Of a stretch of 64,000 bases of DNA, positions 43,942 through 52,072 are shown in pieces. The notes under the pieces are model-generated. The model was not told the DNA's origin. It saw only the letters and a program-made list of their open reading frames with translations, and ran no database searches. The translations under genes and the position numbers were made by a program. Each line of letters begins with the position of its first letter. The first letter of the stretch is position 1. This stretch comes from Bacteroidales bacterium (GTDB lineage: Bacteria > Bacteroidota > Bacteroidia > Bacteroidales > VadinHA17), in assembly GCA_003141895.1 (NCBI GenBank), contig PLNT01000036.1, positions 117,195-181,194 of the forward strand. The letters run 5' to 3'.

Positions 43942-44789
43942 AAAATTGTTACTGCAAAGTTGCGAATTTCTTTTATTAAATCAAAAACCTATACTGGTAA
44001 AAATATTGCTTCGAAAAATAACTACAAGGTGTTCTATATCTATTCAATAACAGATTTGAATTGTAAAAGGTTTCTATTGGTGCCGAGGTCCCAAATTTGT
44101 GTGCCATTCCAGCTAACTTGTCAATATAATCAAATATCTTACGATTTTCTGCCTTCCCGAAAGAGTGGTGAAGAAGATAAATAAAGGCTAAAGGAGAAAG
44201 TTGTAAATCAGCTTTACTTTCAACTTTCTAGTTTTTCCTTTCTCCTTGTTTTTAAGATGCTTCCGCCCCATCAGTCACAATATAAGGCGCAGGGCAAAAA
44301 GGCAAAAAATGAGCTGGATTATGTAAATTTCGATCAGGTTAATCATGCTCACGCCACGTCAGTCACAATACAAAAAGGACTAACGATCCGTTAACCTATT
44401 AAGAATCATTGTTTAATAGGGATTGAGGGGGAATTGTTACTTTCAGGCCATGGGACATGGAGCAAGGGGCATAGAGCAAAATCCTAAATCCTTTAACCGC
44501 AAAGGTCGCAAAGACCACCTTCGGTGGTTAAGACGCAAAGGGCACAAAGGTTCTCACCGATTTCCCTTTTCTACTCGCAAATTCCAATTTATTCCACCGT
44601 CATTGCGAGGAGCTTGCGATGCAGCAATCCCCTGAACAGACAGTAATTAATTTCGTGGTTACTCCGGGAGATTGCTTCGCTCCGCTCGCAATGACCTTTT
44701 AATTTTATAGGATTTAGCAAGGCTGTGGTTCAGAAGTTTTTCAGGCTTGGGATCATCTTCTTCGTCTTCAAAATCCATAATAATTTGAA

Positions 44790-45332
44790 TTAATTAGTTT
44801 TAAATCCGATTCTCTTTCGTTGCTTAAAATCGGTTTGTTCTTGTTTTGATTGTTCAAGTTCTTTGAGATATTCGAATATCAGAGTTACTTTTTCATCAAG
44901 CTCCAGATCCTTCTTTTCAAGCATTTCAAGTTTATTCAAAATATCCTTATGTGATTCAATCATTGCTCTCATCCTTGTAAACACCCGGATAATCTGAATA
45001 TTAACGGAATTTGCTCTTTCACTGTTTAATACACTCGAGAGCATTGCTACTCCTTGTTCGGTAAAAGCGAATGGCCTGGCTCCTCCAAAGAATTTTTTTG
45101 ATGGTATCAACTTTTGTGATACCATCAAATTAATTTCATCATCTGTCAATTCGAACATAAAATCTTCCGGAAACCTATCTTTATTCCGTCTGACTGTTTG
45201 TTTTAATATTCTGGTTTCCACCGCATAAAGAGAAGCGAGATGATAATCGAGCATCACTTTTTCCCCACGGATTATATAAATGAGGCTCGAAATACTTTCT
45301 TCATTTGGTATTGGCAAGCGGCTCATAATCAA
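44790..45332 (-). CDS. ORF6N (KilA-N/Bro-N-related) domain DNA-binding protein
   Basis: IYIIRGEKVMLDYHLASLYAVETRILKQTVRRNKDRFPEDFMFELT...FAFTEQGVAMLSSVLNSERA is the very characteristic ORF6N pattern. The tail is coiled-coil. Confidence 0.8.
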   Translation of the reverse strand: MIMSRLPIPNEESISSLIYIIRGEKVMLDYHLASLYAVETRILKQTVRRNKDRFPEDFMFELTDDEINLMVSQKLIPSKKFFGGARPFAFTEQGVAMLSSVLNSERANSVNIQIIRVFTRMRAMIESHKDILNKLEMLEKKDLELDEKVTLIFEYLKELEQSKQEQTDFKQRKRIGFKTN

Positions 45333-45336
45333 ATGG

Positions 45337-45353
45337 TATCACAAATTGTGATA
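45337..45353. promoter_or_regulatory. palindrome TATCACAA-A-TTGTGATA, copy 1 of 3
   Basis: It lies 5 nt upstream of the ORF6N start codon. It overlaps a second palindrome, GATAGCTT-A-AAGCTATC (45350-45366). Confidence 0.4.
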
Positions 45354-45450
45354 GCTTAAAGCTATCAATATTAATTATATCCATAATTCCAGACCTCTAA
45401 GGTCACATTTTTTGACCTTAAACAAGGCTTTATAAAAAGATTTTAAAATT

Positions 45451-45509
45451 GGAGGACGCAAATTGCGATCTCCAAATTTCATCTTGAGGACGCAAATTGC
45501 GACCTCAAG
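45451..45509 (-). terminator. tandem near-identical hairpins downstream of the Cys-rich gene
   Basis: The hairpins are GGAGGACGCAAATTGCGATCTCC (45451-45473) and CTTGAGGACGCAAATTGCGACCTCAAG (45483-45509, perfect 12-bp stem). On the minus strand they are followed by AATTTTAAAATCTTTTTA. Confidence 0.45.
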
Positions 45510-45527
45510 TTTTAACTCCGTACCAGT

Positions 45528-45546
45528 TTATCACAAATCGTGATAA
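45528..45546. promoter_or_regulatory. palindrome TTATCAC-AAATC-GTGATAA, copy 2 of 3
   Basis: It lies 13 nt downstream of the stop of the gene ending at 45559 and about 195 nt upstream of the ORF6N start. Confidence 0.35.
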
Positions 45547-45558
45547 GCTGGTCATGAA

Positions 45559-46041
45559 TTACAATTTCTCATATACCCCACATTTGAACTCTTTCTCATC
45601 TCTTTGATCGTTCCTGTTCATATCGCATAAAAGATTTCCTTCCCAATCATCGATATTATTTCTAATGCATGTTAAACAGAGTGGTTGCATTTTGATGGTG
45701 TCACGTCGGATTTCATATCCGTCATCATCAAAAAATCCATTTATATTACCTGGGTCCATGTTATTAATATTTATCCGGCCATCCTTATCCCTCTTATCGA
45801 GGGCGCCATCAATTTCATAATCACCTAAGGGTAACTCTTTTCCTGTAATACAACTAAAACATGCAAAAGGGGCAGAAGCTGAACCTACTATCCATATATC
45901 CTTACCGCATTTGCACTTTACACCTTTGTTGTAGTCATCCAACGCAGCTTCAATCCTGACTCTCAGAACTTTTTCATTTTCATTTGGATTATTCTGCAAA
46001 TGAATTTTTACATACTCGTCAATTGTAATCGGGATCCACAT
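45559..46041 (-). CDS. Cys-rich hypothetical protein (putative zinc-ribbon motifs)
   Basis: The start is moved to MWIPITIDEYVKIHL (160 aa). The upstream 111 track codons are translated repeat elements. The Cys motifs are CKCGKD...CFSC and CLTC...C...C. Confidence 0.5.
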   Translation of the reverse strand: MWIPITIDEYVKIHLQNNPNENEKVLRVRIEAALDDYNKGVKCKCGKDIWIVGSASAPFACFSCITGKELPLGDYEIDGALDKRDKDGRININNMDPGNINGFFDDDGYEIRRDTIKMQPLCLTCIRNNIDDWEGNLLCDMNRNDQRDEKEFKCGVYEKL

Positions 46042-46084
46042 AATTTTATAATTAAGGTTTTTATCCAGCACAATCTCAATGGAT

Positions 46085-46099
46085 ATCACAATTTGTGAT
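46085..46099. promoter_or_regulatory. palindrome ATCACAA-T-TTGTGAT, copy 3 of 3
   Basis: It lies 44 nt upstream of the start codon at 46041. Confidence 0.4.
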
Positions 46100-46340
46100 T
46101 TCCAATCTATCTTCAAAAACTTTTTTATTAAACGCAGCGAGCGTTTCAAATCAAATATACAAATATTTTGAATAAAAATGAAATCCTTTAACCCTGCCTC
46201 CCGGCAGGCAGGCGCACCCTTCGGCAAGCTCAGGGTAATTGAAGAACTTACACATATGTACACTGAGAAGCACAACTTGTCCCGCAAGGCGGGAGAGAGA
46301 CACAGAGAAAATCCTAAGAGAAAATTGCTCGTGGCATTGG

Positions 46341-46482
46341 GAGATTGCTTCGTTTCTCTAGCAATGACCAACATTTAATATGGATACAGTGTTGAGACCA
46401 GAACCCCCTCGGCCTTCGGCCACTCCCCCTTAAGGGGGAGAAAATTCTGGAAGTAATAAAATTCACCAGACACCCAGCAACC
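46341..46482 (+). repeat. 142-bp composite repeat, copy 1 (direct repeat of 47891-48032)
   Basis: GAGATTGCTTCG..GCAATGACCAACATTTAATATGGATACAGTGTTGAGACCAGAACCCCCTCGGCCTTCGGCCACTCCCCCTTAAGGGGGAGAAAATTCTGGAAGTAATA..ATTCACCAGACACCCAGCAAC. The offset to copy 2 is exactly 1550 nt, with about 8 mismatches. Confidence 0.9.
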
Positions 46483-46500
46483 AGCAGCCAGCAACCGACT

Positions 46501-47784
46501 TTACTCAAAATCAATGCACGAGTACCTGAAACTCATTAGTATCGACTTATACTGATTTACAAAATCTTTACCGATGCTTCCAAATAAATCGGGATGAAGA
46601 ATATTTTTCTTCTCCAGGGCTATATATGTATTTTTTAAAACAAAACTTTTCGAACCGCAATCCAGCTTAATTTCGGGCAATAACTTAGCCTTTTCGGTAA
46701 CAGTTCCTCCAACACTTGAATATGAAAATACCGTATCTCTCAATGATTTGAAATTCATCGAATCGATATCATACATGGTTTTATAGAAAGTCGTGTTTGA
46801 ATTCCCGGTGTCGAAGAAAAATGGCAGTCTTTTATTTTTATAAGTTACATCAATAATATAATCATCGCCCTTAATAAACAGATTGGGAATATTTGTTCCG
46901 GCGACCGGATCTTTTGGAATATATAGTAGCGAATCGGTAAAACGAATTGATTCGAAACGCATAATTAAAGGGAAACCAATAATCCCGTTTATTTTATACA
47001 TGCCATTGGCAAAGGTCAGCAGACTATCAGGGAAAACAATGAATTCCGCATTTTTGAATTCAATATTTTCGATAAATCCGTGGTCGGCAATAGCTATCCT
47101 GGAAGCATTACGCGTACCGGTTGCACCCGCCACGTAAACAAGCGAATTGGGTATTATCCTGAGATTTAACTTTTTTGCAGTAGATTCGCTGACCACATTT
47201 ACATTAGCGCCAGTGTCGAAAATCATATTAACAGTAGAGTCACTTTTTGCTTTCACCCGAAGCAAATTATAGCCTGCCAGATCTTTTATAACTTTAATTT
47301 CACTATCCGTATTTTTAATAACCTGCGTTGGTAATTCATCTTCTAAAAACCCATATGAGAGATTATCATCTTTCAGTTCGACATAATCACCCGAATCAAT
47401 AAATCGTTTATAATTTTCAATCAGATCCTCACTCAGTTCTTTCAGCTTTCTATAATTGAGAAGCTTCTGGTTGTTGTAATATTCATTCTGAATCAAAGTA
47501 TAACTCACTGTATCACTGAACTTATTGAACTGTCCGCGAAATTTTTGAATCAGTGCATTGGATTCGTCCGGCTGGTTTAAAACCGACTTCAGGATAAGAT
47601 CATAATAAATGAGTGTCTTTTCATAATAAGCGCTCCTGTTGGAAGATAGCTCAGTGTACAATTCACTGAATTTTTTACTGTTAGCCAGATCATTCAGTTT
47701 TTTGATTGGCCGGAATTCGTTTGTACATGCCATCTCGGTACATAATACCATGGCAAACAGGCAAAGTCTGTTTAATTTTTCCAT
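46501..47784 (-). CDS. retropepsin-like aspartyl protease family protein (two DTG lobes), lipoprotein/secreted
   Basis: 427 aa with a hydrophobic N-terminus containing Cys. The two motifs are MIFDTGANVNVVS and FFFDTGNSNTTFY. Confidence 0.7.
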   Translation of the reverse strand: MEKLNRLCLFAMVLCTEMACTNEFRPIKKLNDLANSKKFSELYTELSSNRSAYYEKTLIYYDLILKSVLNQPDESNALIQKFRGQFNKFSDTVSYTLIQNEYYNNQKLLNYRKLKELSEDLIENYKRFIDSGDYVELKDDNLSYGFLEDELPTQVIKNTDSEIKVIKDLAGYNLLRVKAKSDSTVNMIFDTGANVNVVSESTAKKLNLRIIPNSLVYVAGATGTRNASRIAIADHGFIENIEFKNAEFIVFPDSLLTFANGMYKINGIIGFPLIMRFESIRFTDSLLYIPKDPVAGTNIPNLFIKGDDYIIDVTYKNKRLPFFFDTGNSNTTFYKTMYDIDSMNFKSLRDTVFSYSSVGGTVTEKAKLLPEIKLDCGSKSFVLKNTYIALEKKNILHPDLFGSIGKDFVNQYKSILMSFRYSCIDFE

Positions 47785-47890
47785 AATTTAAATGTAGCAA
47801 TTTTTTAACCGGAAAGAACGCAAAGTAGGCGCAAAGTTCGCAAAGGAGAAGAACTTACACAGAGATCACGGAGAAGCACAGAGGGTCACA

Positions 47891-48032
47891 GAGATTGCTT
47901 CGCTGCGCTCGCAATGACCAACATTTAATATGGATACAGTGTTGAGACCAGAACCCCCTCGGCCTTCGGCCACTCCCCCTTAAGGGGGAGAAAATTCTGG
48001 AAGTAATAGGATTCACCAGACACCCAGCAACA
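47891..48032 (+). repeat. 142-bp composite repeat, copy 2
   Basis: See 46341-46482. The two copies flank the aspartyl protease gene. Confidence 0.9.
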
Positions 48033-48156
48033 AGCACCCGAATTAACAACCTCTGTTGATAATTATTCCCTCCGGTAAACGATGGAATCCGATAACAACA
48101 ACTACTTTTAAAATATATATTCCAGGGTGGAAAAACATAATTAAAGTATATAAGAA

Positions 48157-49248
48157 ATGGCGCAACAATATCTTGATCATTCAAAAGCAATTTTAACCTC
48201 CAAACGTTCGAATTTTAAAGGCGGAAGCAAAGAATCGGGGATCATCTCTTTATTCGGGTACCAGGATGAATATGATCTGAGAGAAGGATATCCGTTACTG
48301 ACCACCAAAAAGATGGCCACAAAATCTATGTTTCATGAAACAATATGGTTCCTGAGAGGGGATACAAATATTAAATATCTTGAAGACAATAACGCCCCTG
48401 TGTGGAGACCCGATGCATTTCAGGGCAACCTTCCCGGGATGATAAAAGCAGGAATTTTTTCTGAAGGGCTTTCAAAGTATTCTGCCGACTGGGACAAAGC
48501 CATGGAAGAATATGGTCAGAGAATAAGAGAAGATGCTGAATTTGCAGAGAGATGGGGAGATGCCGGACCAATTTACGGGAAACAATGGAGAAGATGGGAA
48601 TTTTTTGATCATGACAAAAACAAGTTTATTGAAATAGATCAACTGTCAAATCTGATAGATGGTCTGAGAAAGAAACCAACCGGGAAAAAACATATTGTTG
48701 ATTCATGGAATCCCGGAGACACTCCAAAAATGTCCTTACCTCCTTGTCATGTTTTATACCAGGCAACTGCAAATGAAGAAGGCGAGCTGGAATTGCAGCT
48801 CTACCAGAGAAGCTGTGATCAGTTTCTGGGTGTTCCTTTTAATATAGCCAGTTATGCTGCCCTCACCCAGGTAATTGCCCAGGAAGCAGGGATGATCCCT
48901 AAAACATTTATCCATACTTTCGGTGATTCACATTTTTATGCCGGTATCGGGAAGAGAACCGAATGGCATAAAGAGAATTTCAGGGAACTGCAGAAAAGAA
49001 TAAGAGCTGTTTCTGAAAAAGCAGGATATCTGGAGGTTGTTGAATGGATCAATAAAAATGCTCCCAGTGATGGCAATGAGGAAAAATATGATCATGTGAC
49101 TGCCATTCTTGAACAATTGTCGAGAGACCCAAAACCTCTGCCAAAGCTGCACATTACAAAAAAACCTTTTGATCAGCTGACTATTGATGATTTTGTGGTA
49201 GAAGATTATAATCCGCATCCGGCGATAAGAAGAAGTATGGCGGTGTAG
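48157..49248 (+). CDS. thyA: thymidylate synthase (ThyA) family protein, divergent, with two long insertions
   Basis: The conserved blocks are FHETIWFLRGDTN, GPIYGKQWR, LPPCHVLYQ, LYQRSCDQFLGVPFNIASYA and GDSHFY. It is 363 aa, against 264 aa for E. coli ThyA. Confidence 0.75.
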   Translation: MAQQYLDHSKAILTSKRSNFKGGSKESGIISLFGYQDEYDLREGYPLLTTKKMATKSMFHETIWFLRGDTNIKYLEDNNAPVWRPDAFQGNLPGMIKAGIFSEGLSKYSADWDKAMEEYGQRIREDAEFAERWGDAGPIYGKQWRRWEFFDHDKNKFIEIDQLSNLIDGLRKKPTGKKHIVDSWNPGDTPKMSLPPCHVLYQATANEEGELELQLYQRSCDQFLGVPFNIASYAALTQVIAQEAGMIPKTFIHTFGDSHFYAGIGKRTEWHKENFRELQKRIRAVSEKAGYLEVVEWINKNAPSDGNEEKYDHVTAILEQLSRDPKPLPKLHITKKPFDQLTIDDFVVEDYNPHPAIRRSMAV

Positions 49249-49285
49249 GGCGGTGTGGGGCGTGCGGCTTGCGGCTTGCGGCAGG
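49239..49285 (+). repeat. short tandem array, GGCGGTGT/CGGCTTG family, overlapping the thyA stop codon
   Basis: GGCGGTGT AGGGCGGTGT GGGGCGTG CGGCTTG CGGCTTG CGGCAGG. Confidence 0.8.
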
Positions 49286-49336
49286 AAGACGAAGGACTTA
49301 GGGCGCACGACACACGACACAAGGAAAACCAAACCA

Positions 49337-49394
49337 ATTCCCCTCCCCCGGAGAACCTGCCCCGCTTCAGCAGGGGGTTAGGGGTGGGTTTTTT
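49337..49394 (+). repeat. hairpin module (copy 2 of 39030-39085) ending in a T-run, possibly the thyA terminator
   Basis: AATTCCCCTCCCCCGGAGAACCTGCCCCGCTTCAGCAGGGGGTTAGGGGTGGGTTTTTT. Confidence 0.7.
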
Positions 49395-49563
49395 AAAAAA
49401 CCAGATTCTCTAAACCTGAATGTTTTTTTGAAATCCATTAACCGCAAAGCACACAAAGTAGGCGCAAAGTTCGCAAAGAAAAAACGAAGAACTTACACAA
49501 CTTGTCCCGCGAAGCGGAAGAGTAACACGGAGAAGCACAAAGGGACACAGAGTTAATACGACC

Positions 49564-49590
49564 TGAGCTCTGTGCTCTGTGCCCTGAGCC
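49564..49590. repeat. heptamer array CTGTGCY/CTGAGCC family
   Basis: TGAGCTC TGTGCTC TGTGCCC TGAGCC. It ends 5 nt before the stop of the minus-strand gene at 49595. Confidence 0.8.
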
Positions 49591-49594
49591 TTTT

Positions 49595-51253
49595 CTATTT
49601 AACCCTCTTCCCCTCGATATCTCTTCCTCCCTGGTGAAGGATCATCTTGTTGAATTTGCCTGATTCGTCCTTCACAAACTCGAGCTGTGCATCGAAAACC
49701 TTGAGGAAGAACTTAGTATCCGATTCGGGATAGATCTCTACTTTACTCTGTCCTGTCGCCTGGGTGAAGATCCTATCGCCCTCGAGTGTGACTGCTATTA
49801 CAAATCCCGGTGAAAGCTCAAATTCACCGGTGTAGTTGGTAAGTACCTCCGGTTCAAGCTTTATTTCTACATGTGAAGGAACAGGCTTGTCAGTTTTCTT
49901 ATAGATAGTAATTTCTGCCCTGTCATCTAAATCAGCACTTATAATACTGCCTGATGCATCGCGTTTAAATGTTAATACGGTGAGGTAGTCATCGAAGAAG
50001 AACTTATCCGGTGCAAATTGCTTGATTTTTAATTTCTCACCACCACTTCTCTGGGAAAAGAGCTGTGTTCCCTCCTTTGTGATCATTCTCAGGGTGCCAT
50101 TCTCATCATCATACACACCGGGGTATTGATCTATCATCTCCGCAGGAACAGGTGTCTCGGTACGTACATATGGCTTACCTATCGCAATTGCAGCCATTTT
50201 AGTAGAGACTGCATCGGGTCCCTTGGCAGTGTTGTTGGAAAAGACGGCAACAAAGACGTCCTCTTTCGGAAGGAAGATACCATTGGTGAGGTAACCGTTA
50301 ATACCGCCGCCATGCTCTATAGAAGGACTCCCCTGTACCTGGCTCAGGAACCATCCGTAACCGTAATGTGTCCCTTTTCCATCGGAGAGTTTGAATTCTG
50401 TCCAGGCTTTTTCAAGGGTTTCCCTCTTTACAAATTTGTTGGATAAGAGTGCGCGGTTCCACTTATAAAGATCCTCCACCGTCGACATCAGCGAGCCGGC
50501 TGAATAAGGCAGAAGCATGCTCATATAGTCGGCATTTACGACATTATCACCATCAGCCTGGTATGGATATGCGCGGTTTTTGATGATCTTCCTGTCGCTT
50601 CCATAAAGAGAGTTTGTCATACCGGCGGGCCTGAAGAGATTCTGCTCGATATAATCCTGGTATTTCATACCTGAGACCTTTTCAATAATATACCCCAGGA
50701 GAAAAAAACCTGAATTACTATAATTCCATTTTGTCCCTGGTGCAAATTCCATGGGCAGGTTCTTGAATTTATCTATTAGTTCCTCCGGCTTCAGATCTTC
50801 CTTTATGAATTTCATGAACTCCGGGCCGTCGGTGTAGCTCTTTATCCCGGAAGTATGAGTGAGCAGATTCTCTATTGTGATCTTATATGCCTGGGTGGGA
50901 TAGTCGGGGATGAATTTTGTGATATCATCCTGAAGCGACAGTTTACCCTGTTCCATCAGCTGGAGGATCGCGACAGCTGTGAACTGCTTTGTCATTGAAC
51001 CAATCCTGAAGACCATATCAGGCTGCATGGGAACATTCAACTCGAGGTTAGCCATACCGAAGGCCTTTTTATATACTATCTGTCCTTTTATTGCTACAAG
51101 GGCAGCACATCCGGTTTCGTCCGTTTTGAACTGTGCAGAGAGAAGCTTGTCAAATTCGGTACTCATGGCTTTTATATTCGGTGACTGTGCACTCGTAACC
51201 AATGTGGACGCCATCATAGCGGCGAGAAAGAAGAGTTTAATTCTGGTATTCAT
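49595..51253 (-). CDS. serine hydrolase, beta-lactamase/transpeptidase-like (class C fold), with a duplicated C-terminal domain
   Basis: The start is moved to MNTRIKLFFLAAMMASTLVTSAQS (signal peptide). The SxxK motif is IGSMTKQF, followed by YSNSG. The C-terminus has two similar about 100-aa beta-rich repeats. Confidence 0.8.
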   Translation of the reverse strand: MNTRIKLFFLAAMMASTLVTSAQSPNIKAMSTEFDKLLSAQFKTDETGCAALVAIKGQIVYKKAFGMANLELNVPMQPDMVFRIGSMTKQFTAVAILQLMEQGKLSLQDDITKFIPDYPTQAYKITIENLLTHTSGIKSYTDGPEFMKFIKEDLKPEELIDKFKNLPMEFAPGTKWNYSNSGFFLLGYIIEKVSGMKYQDYIEQNLFRPAGMTNSLYGSDRKIIKNRAYPYQADGDNVVNADYMSMLLPYSAGSLMSTVEDLYKWNRALLSNKFVKRETLEKAWTEFKLSDGKGTHYGYGWFLSQVQGSPSIEHGGGINGYLTNGIFLPKEDVFVAVFSNNTAKGPDAVSTKMAAIAIGKPYVRTETPVPAEMIDQYPGVYDDENGTLRMITKEGTQLFSQRSGGEKLKIKQFAPDKFFFDDYLTVLTFKRDASGSIISADLDDRAEITIYKKTDKPVPSHVEIKLEPEVLTNYTGEFELSPGFVIAVTLEGDRIFTQATGQSKVEIYPESDTKFFLKVFDAQLEFVKDESGKFNKMILHQGGRDIEGKRVK

Positions 51254-51403
51254 AGGATAAGGTTTTGTTAATGAACTATTAAAGGTATTGGTTTTTAAAA
51301 TAAGAAAGAAATCTATTGTTCGGAGAAGGCGCCTACGGAGTCGGGAGATCGCAAAGAATAACTTCGCTATCACATTCACTACGTTACAGCTTTGAAAAAA
51401 ACT

Positions 51404-51497
51404 AGCCGTTGCGCTGTGCCCTACGCCTTTTTTGACCGCAGGACTGCAAGACTACTTTGCCTTTAAGCCGTTGCGCTGGTATGCCGTTGTGCCATTT
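51404..51497. repeat. composite arrays: family B (51404-51433), family A reversed (51434-51455), family B (51458-51497)
   Basis: AGCCGTTG CGCTGTGC CCTACGCC TTTTTT / GACCGCAG GACTGCAA GACTAC / TGCCTTTA AGCCGTTG CGCTGGTA TGCCGTTG TGCCATTT. Confidence 0.9.
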
Positions 51498-51589
51498 TCC
51501 AAAAATAAATTTGACTTTAATTTTCATTTGGTATAACTTTAATCATCTTCAGGATAAACGATCCTTTATTAATTTAAAATCATTAAGCT

Positions 51590-52024
51590 ATGAATAACCT
51601 GATTATCGCACACAGGCGAAGGTTAATAAGCAGAAAAGTAGTTGGAGTTCTTTGGATCATAGTTGCCATCGGTTCTTTGATCGTAAGAAAAGACATCCTG
51701 GAAACAAGAGATTGGGTCAGATCAATAGCGTTTTTCATTATCGGGATTGTGTTTCTTACTCCTCTTCTGGGTTCTACCAAATCACAAATCGAGATATGTG
51801 AGGGATATCTAAAGATCATTTGGTTGAACTGGCTCAGAACGGTTACAATCCAGGATAGTGAAATTGAAAGAATTGTTTTCGCAAAAGATTCGGTTAAAAT
51901 TTACCGGAAGGAAGAGAAAGCTGTGAATATTTTACTTTTTTCCATGGGGAAAGAGCAAAAAAACCGGGTCTATAAATTTTTTACTGAATACGCTCAGCAA
52001 AAGAACATATTATTAGGGAATTAA
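51590..52024 (+). CDS. small membrane protein (2 TM plus a soluble C-terminal domain), unknown function
   Basis: 144 aa. Two hydrophobic helices are followed by a beta-rich segment. I recognise no family. Confidence 0.45.
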   Translation: MNNLIIAHRRRLISRKVVGVLWIIVAIGSLIVRKDILETRDWVRSIAFFIIGIVFLTPLLGSTKSQIEICEGYLKIIWLNWLRTVTIQDSEIERIVFAKDSVKIYRKEEKAVNILLFSMGKEQKNRVYKFFTEYAQQKNILLGN

Positions 52025-52050
52025 GGGAATCATAAGAAGGAAGGGAACCT

Positions 52051-52072
52051 TTCCGCCGTTGCGCGTCCTTTA
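52051..52072 (+). repeat. short family-B-like array abutting a stop codon
   Basis: TTCCGCCGTTGCGCGTCCTTTA. It overlaps the stop of the minus-strand gene ending at 52070. Confidence 0.6.

Noticed and set aside
45337-45353. I considered the TCACA/TGTGA palindromes as CRP/FNR-type binding sites.
   Set aside because: The half-sites are in the opposite order (TCACA...TGTGA) and are separated by 3 nt, not arranged as TGTGA-N6-TCACA. I kept them as operators of an unknown regulator.
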